Shown: piece after piece, positions 8,964-18,752 of the stretch
Layout: each line of letters starts with the position of its first letter
Numbering within the stretch: the first letter of the stretch is position 1
From: Coprothermobacterota bacterium
GTDB lineage: Bacteria; Coprothermobacterota; HKB111
Assembly (NCBI GenBank): GCA_037440465.1
Contig: JBBIUB010000002.1
Span: 40,492-104,491 of the forward strand
DNA length: 64,000 bases
Direction of reading: 5' to 3'
Position numbers and translations under genes: made by a program
The notes under the pieces: generated by a model
Told to the model about the DNA's origin: nothing
Databases searched by the model: none
Seen by the model: the letters and a program-made list of their open reading frames with translations, nothing else

Positions 8964-10147
8964 CCTACTACCCCCTTCTCTTTGAGTTCACTTAAGTATT
9001 CATCATCAAAACCCAAAAGATTAGATAGAGCTTCACGAGTATGCTGACCAAGATAAGGAGCTGGCATCCGGGGACCAGTCTGAGTTTGAGAAAGCTTGAA
9101 GGGAGACCCAACAGTTTTATAAGGTCCCACTAATGAATGTTCCATTTCTACTATCATCTGACGAGAAATCACCTGTTGGTCTTTAACAACTTCCTTTATA
9201 GTATTTATAGGACCGTACGGTATACCATTTTTCTCAAAAATGTTACTCCATTCCTTATATGTCTTTTTCTGGAAAACCTTCTCCAATTCCGGAATTAAAA
9301 TGTGTTTATTCAATGTACGTTGGTAGTTATTGGAGAATAAAAGGTTCTTTGTCAGATCTTCTCTCCCAATTACCTGGCAGAATTCCAGCCAGAGTTTTTC
9401 GCTCCCAAGAGGAAGTATTATGTAATTGTCTTTTGTCTTAAAGGCTTGAAAAGGGGTTATAGAAGGATGAGAGGTTCCTAAAGGTTCTGGTACTACACCT
9501 TCAATATAATATCTGGTTATAGCATTCTCTAAAAGATACACCATTCCATCCAGCATGCCATAATCTAACCTTTGTCCCAAACCTGTTTTTTCTTTATAAT
9601 AAAGTGCGCCCAGGATTCCTATGGCTGCATGGTGACCTGCGATTAAATCACCAATGGAGATACCTACCCTTACTGGTTGACCGTTAGGTTCTCCTGTAAT
9701 ACTCATTAAACCACTTGTTCCTTGTACAACCATGTCATATGAAGGTTTATCCTTATAGGGTCCCGTATGACCAAAACCTGAAATAGAAGCATAAATAATC
9801 CTGGGATTTTCCTTTCTTATTTCCTCATAGCCAAGACCTAATTTTTCTAAAGTGCCAGGACGGAAGTTCTCAACAATCACATCAGATATACGGCTTAATC
9901 TCTTTACTATATTAACTCCTATAACTGTTTTAATGTTTACTACAACACTTTTTTTATTACGATTAATGCTCATAAAATAAGCACTTTCATCTTTAATAAA
10001 AGGACCGTAGGTGCGAGCACCATCTCCTCCTGGTGGTTCAATCTTAATAACTTCTGCTCCCATATCACCGAGAATCATCGTACAGAATGGACCTGCCAGG
10101 ATATGACTTAAATCAAGTATTCTCAAGCCATACAGGGTTCCAGTCAT
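8948..10147 (-). CDS. CoA-transferase family III (CaiB/BaiF/Frc-like)
   Basis: LAGPFCTMILGDMGAEVIKIEPP, NRNKKS, ENFRPG, ISGFG, SIGD. Confidence 0.93.
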   Translation of the reverse strand: MTGTLYGLRILDLSHILAGPFCTMILGDMGAEVIKIEPPGGDGARTYGPFIKDESAYFMSINRNKKSVVVNIKTVIGVNIVKRLSRISDVIVENFRPGTLEKLGLGYEEIRKENPRIIYASISGFGHTGPYKDKPSYDMVVQGTSGLMSITGEPNGQPVRVGISIGDLIAGHHAAIGILGALYYKEKTGLGQRLDYGMLDGMVYLLENAITRYYIEGVVPEPLGTSHPSITPFQAFKTKDNYIILPLGSEKLWLEFCQVIGREDLTKNLLFSNNYQRTLNKHILIPELEKVFQKKTYKEWSNIFEKNGIPYGPINTIKEVVKDQQVISRQMIVEMEHSLVGPYKTVGSPFKLSQTQTGPRMPAPYLGQHTREALSNLLGFDDEYLSELKEKGVVGWKDL

Positions 10148-10405
10148 TAATTACCTCCATTCAAAATAATTATATAATAACAAAGGTTGATATAAATAAA
10201 TCGTTAAAATCGTTAAATTAGAAAGTAAGAATATACTCATACTATCATAAAATAATAATCAACTATTATTTTTATTGGAATATTCAAAGTTATTTTAACA
10301 GGATATAAAAAATCTTCTAACGATGTTCCCACTATTTACCTTTCAACAAGATAATAATATGCTAAAATTCATTTGAGTAAATCATAAACAAGGAAGGTAT
10401 ATCCA

Positions 10406-12811
10406 GTGAGAAAACTTAAATTCTTTGAAGTAACTTGTAGGAGCAACCCGAAAGACTTTGATTTCAAAACAACAAAAGAAGTCAGTCCTCTTGAAGGAAC
10501 AATTGGACAGGATAGAGCTCTTAATTCTATAGAAATCGCCCTTAACATGAAAACTAAAGGGTTTAACATTTACTTAGCTGGGCCAAGAGGGATTGGTAAG
10601 ACTTTTACTATAAAAGCATTTCTTTCTGAAAAAGCAGCAAAAGAGACAATTCCTGAAGATATTATTTATGTTTATAACTTCAAAAAAACTGATAGCCCAA
10701 GACCTATTATACTTAAAACGGGTAAGGGAAAAGTCCTAGCTAAAGCTATGGAAAGTTTCTCAAAAGAGTTGAAAGACAAAATGCCTCAGTTGTTTGAAGG
10801 CGAGGAATACGACCGTAAACGACTTGAAATTATTTCTAAAGCCCAGAAAGAAAAAGATGAAACCCTCCACCAAGCACAAAATATAGCTCGAACAGAGGGA
10901 TTCTTACTCCAAATGAATCAACAGGGTGTATTCATCGTTCCAACTAAAAACGGAACACCACTTTCTGCAGATATTTTTCAGTCTCTTCCAGATGATGAAA
11001 AAAAAGTCTGGGAAGATAAATACAAAATAATTAACGAAGAGGTAGGTAAAGTTATAAGAACTATCAAGAAAATAGATAAAGAACTTTCTGAAAAACTCCA
11101 GCAACTGGATGCAGATGTTCTAAAAATTACTCTTAACCATCTCCTTTTAGAAATTAGAACAGAATTCTCCTCAGAAAAAGATGTCCTTGCTTACTTACTT
11201 GAAGTAGAAGAAAATATATTAAACAATATAATTGAATTAAAAACCCAGAAAGATACAACAATACCCTCTCCTACATCATTTCTTTTACCTGCAACTGACC
11301 CTTATTCCCGTTACCAGATTAATTTAGTAGTAGACAATTCATACTCCCAGGGAGCCCCGGTAATTTTCGAAAACAATCCTACATATTACAATTTAATTGG
11401 AAGAATTGAGTTCAAATCAAATTTTGGTGTGGCAACTACAAGCTTTGACCTCATTAAAGCAGGCTCTTTATTAAAAGCCAATGGTGGATACCTGGTAATC
11501 CAGGCTTCAGATGTCTTGAGAAATCCTTTCTCATGGGAAGCTCTTAAAAAATCTTTGAATAACGAAGAGTTAATAATTGAAAATATTGGAGAACAGTTAA
11601 GGATAGACCCTGTAGTTACTCTCAAACCTGAACCTATTCCCTTAAAGGTAGAAGTAATATTAATGGGAAGTCTACAGCTATATTATTTACTCTATTATTA
11701 TGATGAAGACTTCAAGAAGCTCTTCAAGATAAGAGCTGATTTTGACACTGAGATGGTAAGAAATACAGAACATATAAAAAAGTACGCTTCCTTTATAAGA
11801 GCAAGGGTTGACGAAGAGAATTTAAATCATTTTGATAAAAATGCCGTAGCTGTTATAGTTGATTATGGTTCTCGTCTTGCAGAAAATCAGGAAAAGCTTT
11901 CAACAAAATTCAGTGAAATAGCAGATATCATATCCGAAGCTAATTATTGGGCTTCCAGGGAAGGTAGTAAAATCATAAAAAAACAACATGTTGAGAAAGC
12001 AATGGAGGAAAAAATATATCGTTCCAACCTCATTGAGATGAAAATCCAGGAATTCATCGAAAATGGTACTATCCTATTGGATACTACAGGAGCAAAAGTT
12101 GGACAGGTTAATGGAATTTCTATTTTAACTTTTGGTGACTACTCTTTTGGAAAACCAACACGAATAACTGCATCAGTATCTTTAGGTTCTCGTGGAATAG
12201 TTAATATTGAACGAGAAGTAGAAATGAGTGGTAGACTCCACAGTAAAGGTGTCATGATTGTTTCAGGTTATCTAAGGGAACTGTTTGCCAAGGAAAAGCC
12301 TTTATCTCTAACTGCTACTCTTGTTTTTGAGCAACTATACGAAGAGATAGAAGGAGATAGCGCCTCCAGTGCTGAACTTTATGCTCTTCTTTCAGCTATA
12401 TCAGGTATCCCATTAAAGCAAAATTTAGCTGTAACTGGCTCTGTTAACCAAAAAGGAGAGATTCAACCTATAGGTGGAGTAACCAAAAAAATAGAAGGCT
12501 TCTTTGATGCTTGTAAAGTTAAAGGTTTAACCGGTGATCAAGGTGTAATCATACCCCATCAGAACATCAAAAACCTGGTCCTAAAAGAAGAAGTTGTCAA
12601 TCTTATTAAAAAAAGCCAATTTCACATCTATTCGATAAAAAATATTAATGAAGGTATTGAGTTATTAACAGACGTTAGAGCAGGAGAGAAAGATACTAAC
12701 GGAAACTATCCAGAAGGAACAGTTTACCATTTAATCAATAAAAATCTTACTAAAATGGCAGATCTTCTTAAAGGGCGCGAAGAAAAGGAAAAAACACCCG
12801 ATAATCAGTAA
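10406..12811 (+). CDS. Lon-like ATP-dependent protease (LonC-type, AAA plus S16 domain)
   Basis: IGQDRA, Walker A GPRGIGKT, KANGGYL, catalytic EGDSASSAE and GGVTKKIEGF. Confidence 0.9.
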   Translation: MRKLKFFEVTCRSNPKDFDFKTTKEVSPLEGTIGQDRALNSIEIALNMKTKGFNIYLAGPRGIGKTFTIKAFLSEKAAKETIPEDIIYVYNFKKTDSPRPIILKTGKGKVLAKAMESFSKELKDKMPQLFEGEEYDRKRLEIISKAQKEKDETLHQAQNIARTEGFLLQMNQQGVFIVPTKNGTPLSADIFQSLPDDEKKVWEDKYKIINEEVGKVIRTIKKIDKELSEKLQQLDADVLKITLNHLLLEIRTEFSSEKDVLAYLLEVEENILNNIIELKTQKDTTIPSPTSFLLPATDPYSRYQINLVVDNSYSQGAPVIFENNPTYYNLIGRIEFKSNFGVATTSFDLIKAGSLLKANGGYLVIQASDVLRNPFSWEALKKSLNNEELIIENIGEQLRIDPVVTLKPEPIPLKVEVILMGSLQLYYLLYYYDEDFKKLFKIRADFDTEMVRNTEHIKKYASFIRARVDEENLNHFDKNAVAVIVDYGSRLAENQEKLSTKFSEIADIISEANYWASREGSKIIKKQHVEKAMEEKIYRSNLIEMKIQEFIENGTILLDTTGAKVGQVNGISILTFGDYSFGKPTRITASVSLGSRGIVNIEREVEMSGRLHSKGVMIVSGYLRELFAKEKPLSLTATLVFEQLYEEIEGDSASSAELYALLSAISGIPLKQNLAVTGSVNQKGEIQPIGGVTKKIEGFFDACKVKGLTGDQGVIIPHQNIKNLVLKEEVVNLIKKSQFHIYSIKNINEGIELLTDVRAGEKDTNGNYPEGTVYHLINKNLTKMADLLKGREEKEKTPDNQ

Positions 12812-13968
12812 CGCCAGAAAGCACCTATGCCTCCATAAGTCATTAATACCTCTGAAGCTTCTCCTCCCAATATCTCCAGTTTAATTTTGTGTTTTCTAAT
12901 TAAAAGGGGCAAAAAAGTTTTTATTGACCCCCTTGCAAAAACCTCAGAACCACAAAAAGAACAAGGACCTGATTTATCTTTCTCAAGGTTAAAACATAAT
13001 TTGCACTCTCGTAAACTAACTTTTATCTGCCTTGAAATAATTACCGTGTCAGCCTTCCCATCTTTTAGTGTTTTTAGAGAAGAATCCAAGCCTACACCGG
13101 CTAAATTACCAGTAGCAGATCTTTCTAGAAGTAGTTCCACTATTTTTTTCTCTCTCTCCCTCTCGTACTCCCAGAATACAGCTAATGAAGTATCAAGCAC
13201 TTCTTTAGGTGGAGCGTAAAGAGGTATTGCTACTCTACCAACAACCATTACCTCTTTATTTTTACTAAGCAGTTTAAGATATCTATCTTGAATAATTTCA
13301 GACCCACCAAGAACTATTTCATTTATATTGTAATTTTTCTTTAACTGACTAAAAAATGATGTTGTCTCTTTATAAAATCTCTGAGTATTTGCTTCTACCC
13401 TATCAACAAAAGCTTCAACTCTATCTCCACCTCCCATTGCTCCTCTTGTAATACCATCCCTGGGAGAAGAAGGAGGCATCAGACGTTGCTTGCGCCAATC
13501 AGTTGTCTCTAAGCCTAAATCAAAAGATTTGATCATTTCAACTCTATTAAGCTGTATTCTAAGGAACTCTACCTTTGTGGCATCCACAAATATCACACCA
13601 TAAGGACGATATTCTTCCAAAAGCCATATAATCTGACCAATACTGGGTTTCCCAAAAGATACTTCTTTTTCTACACCAACTTGCAAGGTTATTACTTCTT
13701 TGAGAACTTCTCCTACAAATATAATAGCTGACTTTTCTTTAAAAAGAGTGCCTTCAACTATTAATTGGGCTTTCTCTTCGACTTTTTCAAAGTAAGGAAG
13801 GTCATCTCTGGATATTTTTTTCTTCAAATCCTTTAATGCTCCCTTCAGCCATATTTGTGATGCAGTTCTTCCTCCATCAGATACAGAGGAGTCGGTATTT
13901 AGGTAAATAGTTAAAACCTTGTCTTCACTGGAATTTAAGAGTTCCTCTAACTTTGAAGTTTCTATCAT
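12805..13968 (-). CDS. Bacterial archaeo-eukaryotic release factor-like protein (baeRF/eRF1 fold)
   Basis: VLTIYLNTD N-terminus, C-terminal YGGIGAFWRY, CxxC...CxxC insert; start at ATG 13968 after GAGGTGAGG. Confidence 0.72.
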   Translation of the reverse strand: MIETSKLEELLNSSEDKVLTIYLNTDSSVSDGGRTASQIWLKGALKDLKKKISRDDLPYFEKVEEKAQLIVEGTLFKEKSAIIFVGEVLKEVITLQVGVEKEVSFGKPSIGQIIWLLEEYRPYGVIFVDATKVEFLRIQLNRVEMIKSFDLGLETTDWRKQRLMPPSSPRDGITRGAMGGGDRVEAFVDRVEANTQRFYKETTSFFSQLKKNYNINEIVLGGSEIIQDRYLKLLSKNKEVMVVGRVAIPLYAPPKEVLDTSLAVFWEYEREREKKIVELLLERSATGNLAGVGLDSSLKTLKDGKADTVIISRQIKVSLRECKLCFNLEKDKSGPCSFCGSEVFARGSIKTFLPLLIRKHKIKLEILGGEASEVLMTYGGIGAFWRY

Positions 13969-14030
13969 GGTCCTCACCTCGCAGTTCTTTTTATTAGCAT
14001 ACCACATTATAAATGTATAATATTTATACT

Positions 14031-15770
14031 ATGAAAACGTTATCAGGTTTTCTTAAAGAGCATTTGCGAGAATTCTTTTTTGGAATTCTTTTTCTAATAG
14101 CAGTAGACCTTGTGCAACTCTTAATACCTCAGGTTCTAAGAAGAGCCACAGATGAACTAAGATCAATGTCCATAACCACAGCAACTCTTCTCAGGTATGC
14201 CATGTTATTAGCGATTCTGGCAATAGTTATGGTTATTTTACGTTTTGCCTGGAGAAATTTAATTTGGGGTACCTCCAGAAAAATAGAAAAAAAATTGAGA
14301 GAGCAATATTTTCAAAAATTACAAACTATGGATATGAAATATTTTAACTATCATAAAATTGGCGACTTGATGGCTTTAGCAACTAATGACATCAATGCTG
14401 TCAGGATGAGCCTTGGTGAAGGATTGCTTCTCATCACTGACGCTATTTTTATGATCTCTCTCGGTGCTTATTTTTTGGCAGGAATCAATAGTAAACTATT
14501 TATCAGCGTCTTTCTTCCTCTTCCATTAATAACAATAACAGTACTATTTTTTGGGAAGGCAATACACGAACGATTCAAAAGGGCTCAAGAAGGCTTTGCT
14601 CAGCTAACTTCAAGGGTGCAAGAATCAATAACAGGTATAAGAGTGGTAAAAGCCTACGGACAAGAAGAAGGAGAAATAGATAATTTCAAAGAAACAGCAG
14701 GCGACCTTGTTAATAGAAATATGGAGCTTGCAAGGATTGGAGGCATTTTCACCCCTCTGGTTCAATATCTCTCTTCGCTTTGTTTATTTATAACTTTAAT
14801 CTATGGAGGAAGATTAACTATCCTCGGAGAGATCACTTTGGGTGATTTTATAGCCTTCCATGCCTATCTTGGTCTTTTAACCTGGCCTATGATGGCTATG
14901 GGTTGGGTAGTTAACATCCTGCAAAGAGGAAAAGCTTCTCTTCAAAGACTAAACGAAGTATTTACCGAAATCCCTTATATTAAAGATAAAGAAGATGCAG
15001 TAAAAATGATTGGACCAATCAAAGGGGATTTAGAATTTCATAATGTGACTTTTAGATACCCTGAGAGAGACAAACCAGCCTTATTAAATATCTCATTTAA
15101 ACTAAAGGCAGGCGATATTCTGGGGGTTGTTGGTAAGCTTGGTAGTGGAAAAACCACTCTTTTAAACCTTATTCCTCGACTTTACGATATAGAACAAGGA
15201 GAAATCTTTTTAGATGGTATAGAACTAAGAAAAATAGCTTTACAAAGCCTTAGAAAGATAGTAAGTTTTATACCACAAGAAAGCTTCCTCTTCTCAGATA
15301 GTATTCGAGAGAATATATGCTTTTCAGATCCTTATGGAAGCAAAGAAAAGGCCATAGAATTAATTAAAACAGTTCATATTTATGAAGAAATCTCAAACAT
15401 GCCACAGGGTATAGATACAATAGTGGGAGAAAGAGGAATAACCCTCTCAGGTGGACAGAAACAGAGGGTGGCTATTGCCCGAGCTCTTTATAGTGAACCT
15501 AAAATATTAATCTTTGACGATGCCTTTTCTTCTCTTGACTACCACACAGAAGAAGAGATTATCAAAGAGATGATTAAGTTAAAATACACTGCCATCATCT
15601 CTTCTCACCGATTATCCTGCCTTAAGTATGCCAGGGAAATAATTGTTCTGGATGAAGGTGAAATAATTGAACAAGGAAATCACGAAGAACTAATATCAAA
15701 TGATGGGTTTTATGCACATCTCTACCGTTTACAGCAACTGGAGTTGGAAGAATCTCCAGAAGAGGTTTGA
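14031..15770 (+). CDS. ABC exporter, fused permease/ATPase subunit A
   Basis: N-terminal TM helices, GKLGSGKT, LSGGQKQR, degenerate Walker B IFDD; alternative start at 14013. Confidence 0.92.
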   Translation: MKTLSGFLKEHLREFFFGILFLIAVDLVQLLIPQVLRRATDELRSMSITTATLLRYAMLLAILAIVMVILRFAWRNLIWGTSRKIEKKLREQYFQKLQTMDMKYFNYHKIGDLMALATNDINAVRMSLGEGLLLITDAIFMISLGAYFLAGINSKLFISVFLPLPLITITVLFFGKAIHERFKRAQEGFAQLTSRVQESITGIRVVKAYGQEEGEIDNFKETAGDLVNRNMELARIGGIFTPLVQYLSSLCLFITLIYGGRLTILGEITLGDFIAFHAYLGLLTWPMMAMGWVVNILQRGKASLQRLNEVFTEIPYIKDKEDAVKMIGPIKGDLEFHNVTFRYPERDKPALLNISFKLKAGDILGVVGKLGSGKTTLLNLIPRLYDIEQGEIFLDGIELRKIALQSLRKIVSFIPQESFLFSDSIRENICFSDPYGSKEKAIELIKTVHIYEEISNMPQGIDTIVGERGITLSGGQKQRVAIARALYSEPKILIFDDAFSSLDYHTEEEIIKEMIKLKYTAIISSHRLSCLKYAREIIVLDEGEIIEQGNHEELISNDGFYAHLYRLQQLELEESPEEV

Positions 15771-15771
15771 C

Positions 15772-17730
15772 ATGTGTCCTCCTGATGACCTGGAAGTAGA
15801 AAGGAAAGCACCCGACTTGCGCTTAATAAAAAACCTTCTTGTATTTGCGCGTCCATATGTAAAAACGATACTTATTGCTTTTATTATTATTGCTCTTACC
15901 ACAGGCCTGGAGCTTCTTTTACCTTACCTTATAAAGATAGGTATAGATAGGTATATTAATCCACATAAAATTATAGAAAAGGCAAGCTATTATGAAATTA
16001 GCTCAGAAATCTTTCAGGAATTATCCAGTAAAGAACCATTTCTATTAATACGAATTGAAGAATCTCTTAAGCATGTAGAAGGAAAAATGTACTTACCTAC
16101 TGAAGTACTTAACAGCCTGAGTAGTGCTGAGATATCAATATTAAGGCGTACAGACCTTTCCCGCATAAACTTGATAGCCCTGCTATTTTTATTAACTATC
16201 TCTTTGAATTTCTTTTTGAACTACGCTCATATAATCATTTTAAATATTGCAAGCCAGAAGATTATTTACGACTTAAGAGTAAAAATATTTACTCATCTAC
16301 AAGCTCTACCCTTTGCTTTCTTTGATAGAAATCCGGTGGGAAGGTTGGTTACTAGAGTAACCAACGATACAGATGCCATTCAAGAAATGTTCAGCAATGT
16401 CATAATAGCCCTTTTAAAAGATTTTCTGCTGGTATTTGGAATTATTATTGTCATGATATCCTTAAATTTAAAATTAGGTATCGTTTCCATTTCATTACTG
16501 CCTTTGGTTATTATCCTAACAGTAACATTCCGCTTGAAAGCTCGAGAAATTTATCGTATGGTCAGGACAAGACTTGCCAGAATCAATGCTTATATAGCAG
16601 AAAATATCTCAGGGATAAAGATAACCCAACTCTTCCTGCGAGAAAATGAAAACCTTAAAAGATTTAAGGTAATAAATAGTGATTACTACAAAGCTACTAT
16701 ACTCAATCTAAGGCTTAATTCTATCTATAGGCCCTTGATAAATGCTGTTAGCTCTCTAACCTTAGCTTTATTGATATATTATGGCGGAGGAGAAATAATA
16801 AAGGAAAAAGTAGAATTTGGTCTTCTCTTTGTCTTCATTTCCTATATTCAGACCCTTTTCAGACCTATCCAGGATATGGCAGAAAAATATGATTTACTTC
16901 AAGGTGCTATGGCTTCTTCGGAGAGAGTTTTTGCTCTCCTTGGAGAATCTATTCCAATAACTGATATAAAAAATCCAATTTCTCTAAAGGAAGCTGTTGG
17001 TTCTATTGAAATAAAAGATGTTTGGTTCGCTTATGAAAAAGAAGATTGGGTTCTAAAAGGTGTCTCATTCAATGTACGACCTGGGGAAAGCGTAGGAATA
17101 GTTGGAATGACAGGAGCTGGAAAAACATCAATAATCAATCTTCTATGTCGGTTTTACGAGCCACAGAAGGGTGAGATATTAATTGATGGCATTGACATCA
17201 AAAAGATTGCTCTAAAAGATCTAAGACACAACATCGCTGTGATACTACAGGATGTATTTTTATTTGCTACTGATATAAAAGGAAACATACGTCTTAACAA
17301 CAGGGATATTTCTGATGAAGAGGTCATGGAAGCAGCTTCCAGGGTACAAGCTCACAAATTTATTGAAGACTTACCTAACGGTTATAGCGAAAAAGTAGAA
17401 GAGGGAGGTTCAACTCTCTCCGCAGGTCAGAGACAGTTAATCTCCTTTGCAAGAGCCCTGGTTTTTAATCCTCGAGTCTTAATTTTAGACGAAGCTACAT
17501 CTAATATAGATTCGGCCACTGAAGTACTTATCACCGAAGCTCTAAAGGTCCTTATAAAAGGAAGAACCAGTATTATCATTGCACATCGTCTCTCAACCCT
17601 TGAAAATGTAGATAGAATAATAATCCTTAGTAAAGGTAAAATAGTGGAAACCGGAACACATAGAGAACTAATGGCTGCAAAAGGTCTATACTATCATCTT
17701 TATACCGTTCAAAAGATGCAGGTGGTATAA
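15772..17730 (+). CDS. ABC exporter, fused permease/ATPase subunit B
   Basis: GMTGAGKT, LSAGQRQ, ILDEATS, IAHRLST; likely start ATG 15772. Confidence 0.92.
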   Translation: MCPPDDLEVERKAPDLRLIKNLLVFARPYVKTILIAFIIIALTTGLELLLPYLIKIGIDRYINPHKIIEKASYYEISSEIFQELSSKEPFLLIRIEESLKHVEGKMYLPTEVLNSLSSAEISILRRTDLSRINLIALLFLLTISLNFFLNYAHIIILNIASQKIIYDLRVKIFTHLQALPFAFFDRNPVGRLVTRVTNDTDAIQEMFSNVIIALLKDFLLVFGIIIVMISLNLKLGIVSISLLPLVIILTVTFRLKAREIYRMVRTRLARINAYIAENISGIKITQLFLRENENLKRFKVINSDYYKATILNLRLNSIYRPLINAVSSLTLALLIYYGGGEIIKEKVEFGLLFVFISYIQTLFRPIQDMAEKYDLLQGAMASSERVFALLGESIPITDIKNPISLKEAVGSIEIKDVWFAYEKEDWVLKGVSFNVRPGESVGIVGMTGAGKTSIINLLCRFYEPQKGEILIDGIDIKKIALKDLRHNIAVILQDVFLFATDIKGNIRLNNRDISDEEVMEAASRVQAHKFIEDLPNGYSEKVEEGGSTLSAGQRQLISFARALVFNPRVLILDEATSNIDSATEVLITEALKVLIKGRTSIIIAHRLSTLENVDRIIILSKGKIVETGTHRELMAAKGLYYHLYTVQKMQVV

Positions 17731-17732
17731 AA

Positions 17733-18713
17733 GTGAACTTTATTACAAAAATCCTTTTAAAAGGCCGTTCAATTAAAAATCCAGAAAGCAAGTCTATACT
17801 TGGCTACTGGGAAGCAGGAATAAGTATAGTACTTAACCTGATTATTTCCTTCGTTAAGTTCTACCTTGGTTTTTTAACAGGAAGTATTGCCTTAAAAGGA
17901 GATGCTCTCCACACTCTCTCAGATACCCTTACTTCGTTAGTGGTTTTAGTTGGTATAAAATTATCCTCTATACCTCCTGATAAGGAACATCCTCACGGTC
18001 ATGGCCGCATGGAATGGCTCTCCAGTTTAGCTATCGCTCTTCTTCTTGTTGTAACCGGAACAAGTTTATTCTTGACTTCCTATAAAAGAATCAGCTCACC
18101 ATCAATACAAGAAATTCCGGGAACTATATTTATATTTATCCTTCTATTCTTTTCTCTTCTAAAAGAGCTCCTGTTCCGCTTATCCTTTTTCTGGGGAAAA
18201 AACGCAGAAATCAGCTCTCTTATAGGTGATGCTTACCACCATAGAACCGATGCATTTGCTTCTCTTTTGGTAATTACAGGCCTTTTACTTCAGAGGTTCA
18301 ATTTCATTTTCTTAGATGGTGTCCTTGGTATAATAATATCCTTTTTCATAATAAAGGTTGGTTTTGATATAGTCCTATCTTCAACAAGCCTTCTTTTAGG
18401 GAAGAAAGGTAATGCTACAGACTTAGAAATAATTGAAGAGTTGGTTTTCGAAATCAACGGTGTAAAAGAAGTTCATAAGATAGAAATACACGATTTTGGT
18501 AATTTCAAAGATATTTCCCTCCATATACTCTTGAATGGCAAAATTCCCCTTGACGAAGCTCACAATATTGCCCAAGAAGTTGAAGATAAGATCAAAAAGG
18601 TGTTTTTCCTTTCCCATATAACTGTCCACACAGAACCTTACAATTTAAAACAGGATTCAAGGAGTCAAGGGGTCGGGGGGTCGAGCGAAAACCACAACAT
18701 TTTATTGGACTAA
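17733..18713 (+). CDS. Cation diffusion facilitator (FieF-like)
   Basis: DALHTLSD, HPHGHGR, HHRTD, VHTEP; C-terminal tail encoded by an 8-bp repeat array. Confidence 0.9.
   Translation: MNFITKILLKGRSIKNPESKSILGYWEAGISIVLNLIISFVKFYLGFLTGSIALKGDALHTLSDTLTSLVVLVGIKLSSIPPDKEHPHGHGRMEWLSSLAIALLLVVTGTSLFLTSYKRISSPSIQEIPGTIFIFILLFFSLLKELLFRLSFFWGKNAEISSLIGDAYHHRTDAFASLLVITGLLLQRFNFIFLDGVLGIIISFFIIKVGFDIVLSSTSLLLGKKGNATDLEIIEELVFEINGVKEVHKIEIHDFGNFKDISLHILLNGKIPLDEAHNIAQEVEDKIKKVFFLSHITVHTEPYNLKQDSRSQGVGGSSENHNILLD
18653..18691 (+). repeat. Second copy of the 8-bp-unit array
   Basis: GGATTCAA GGAGTCAA GGGGTCGG GGGGTCGA GCGAAAA preceded by AAACA, as at 4093-4144. Confidence 0.7.
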
Positions 18714-18752
18714 GTCTTATAATATTAAAAACTCGCCTTGGAGGTATTTAAA

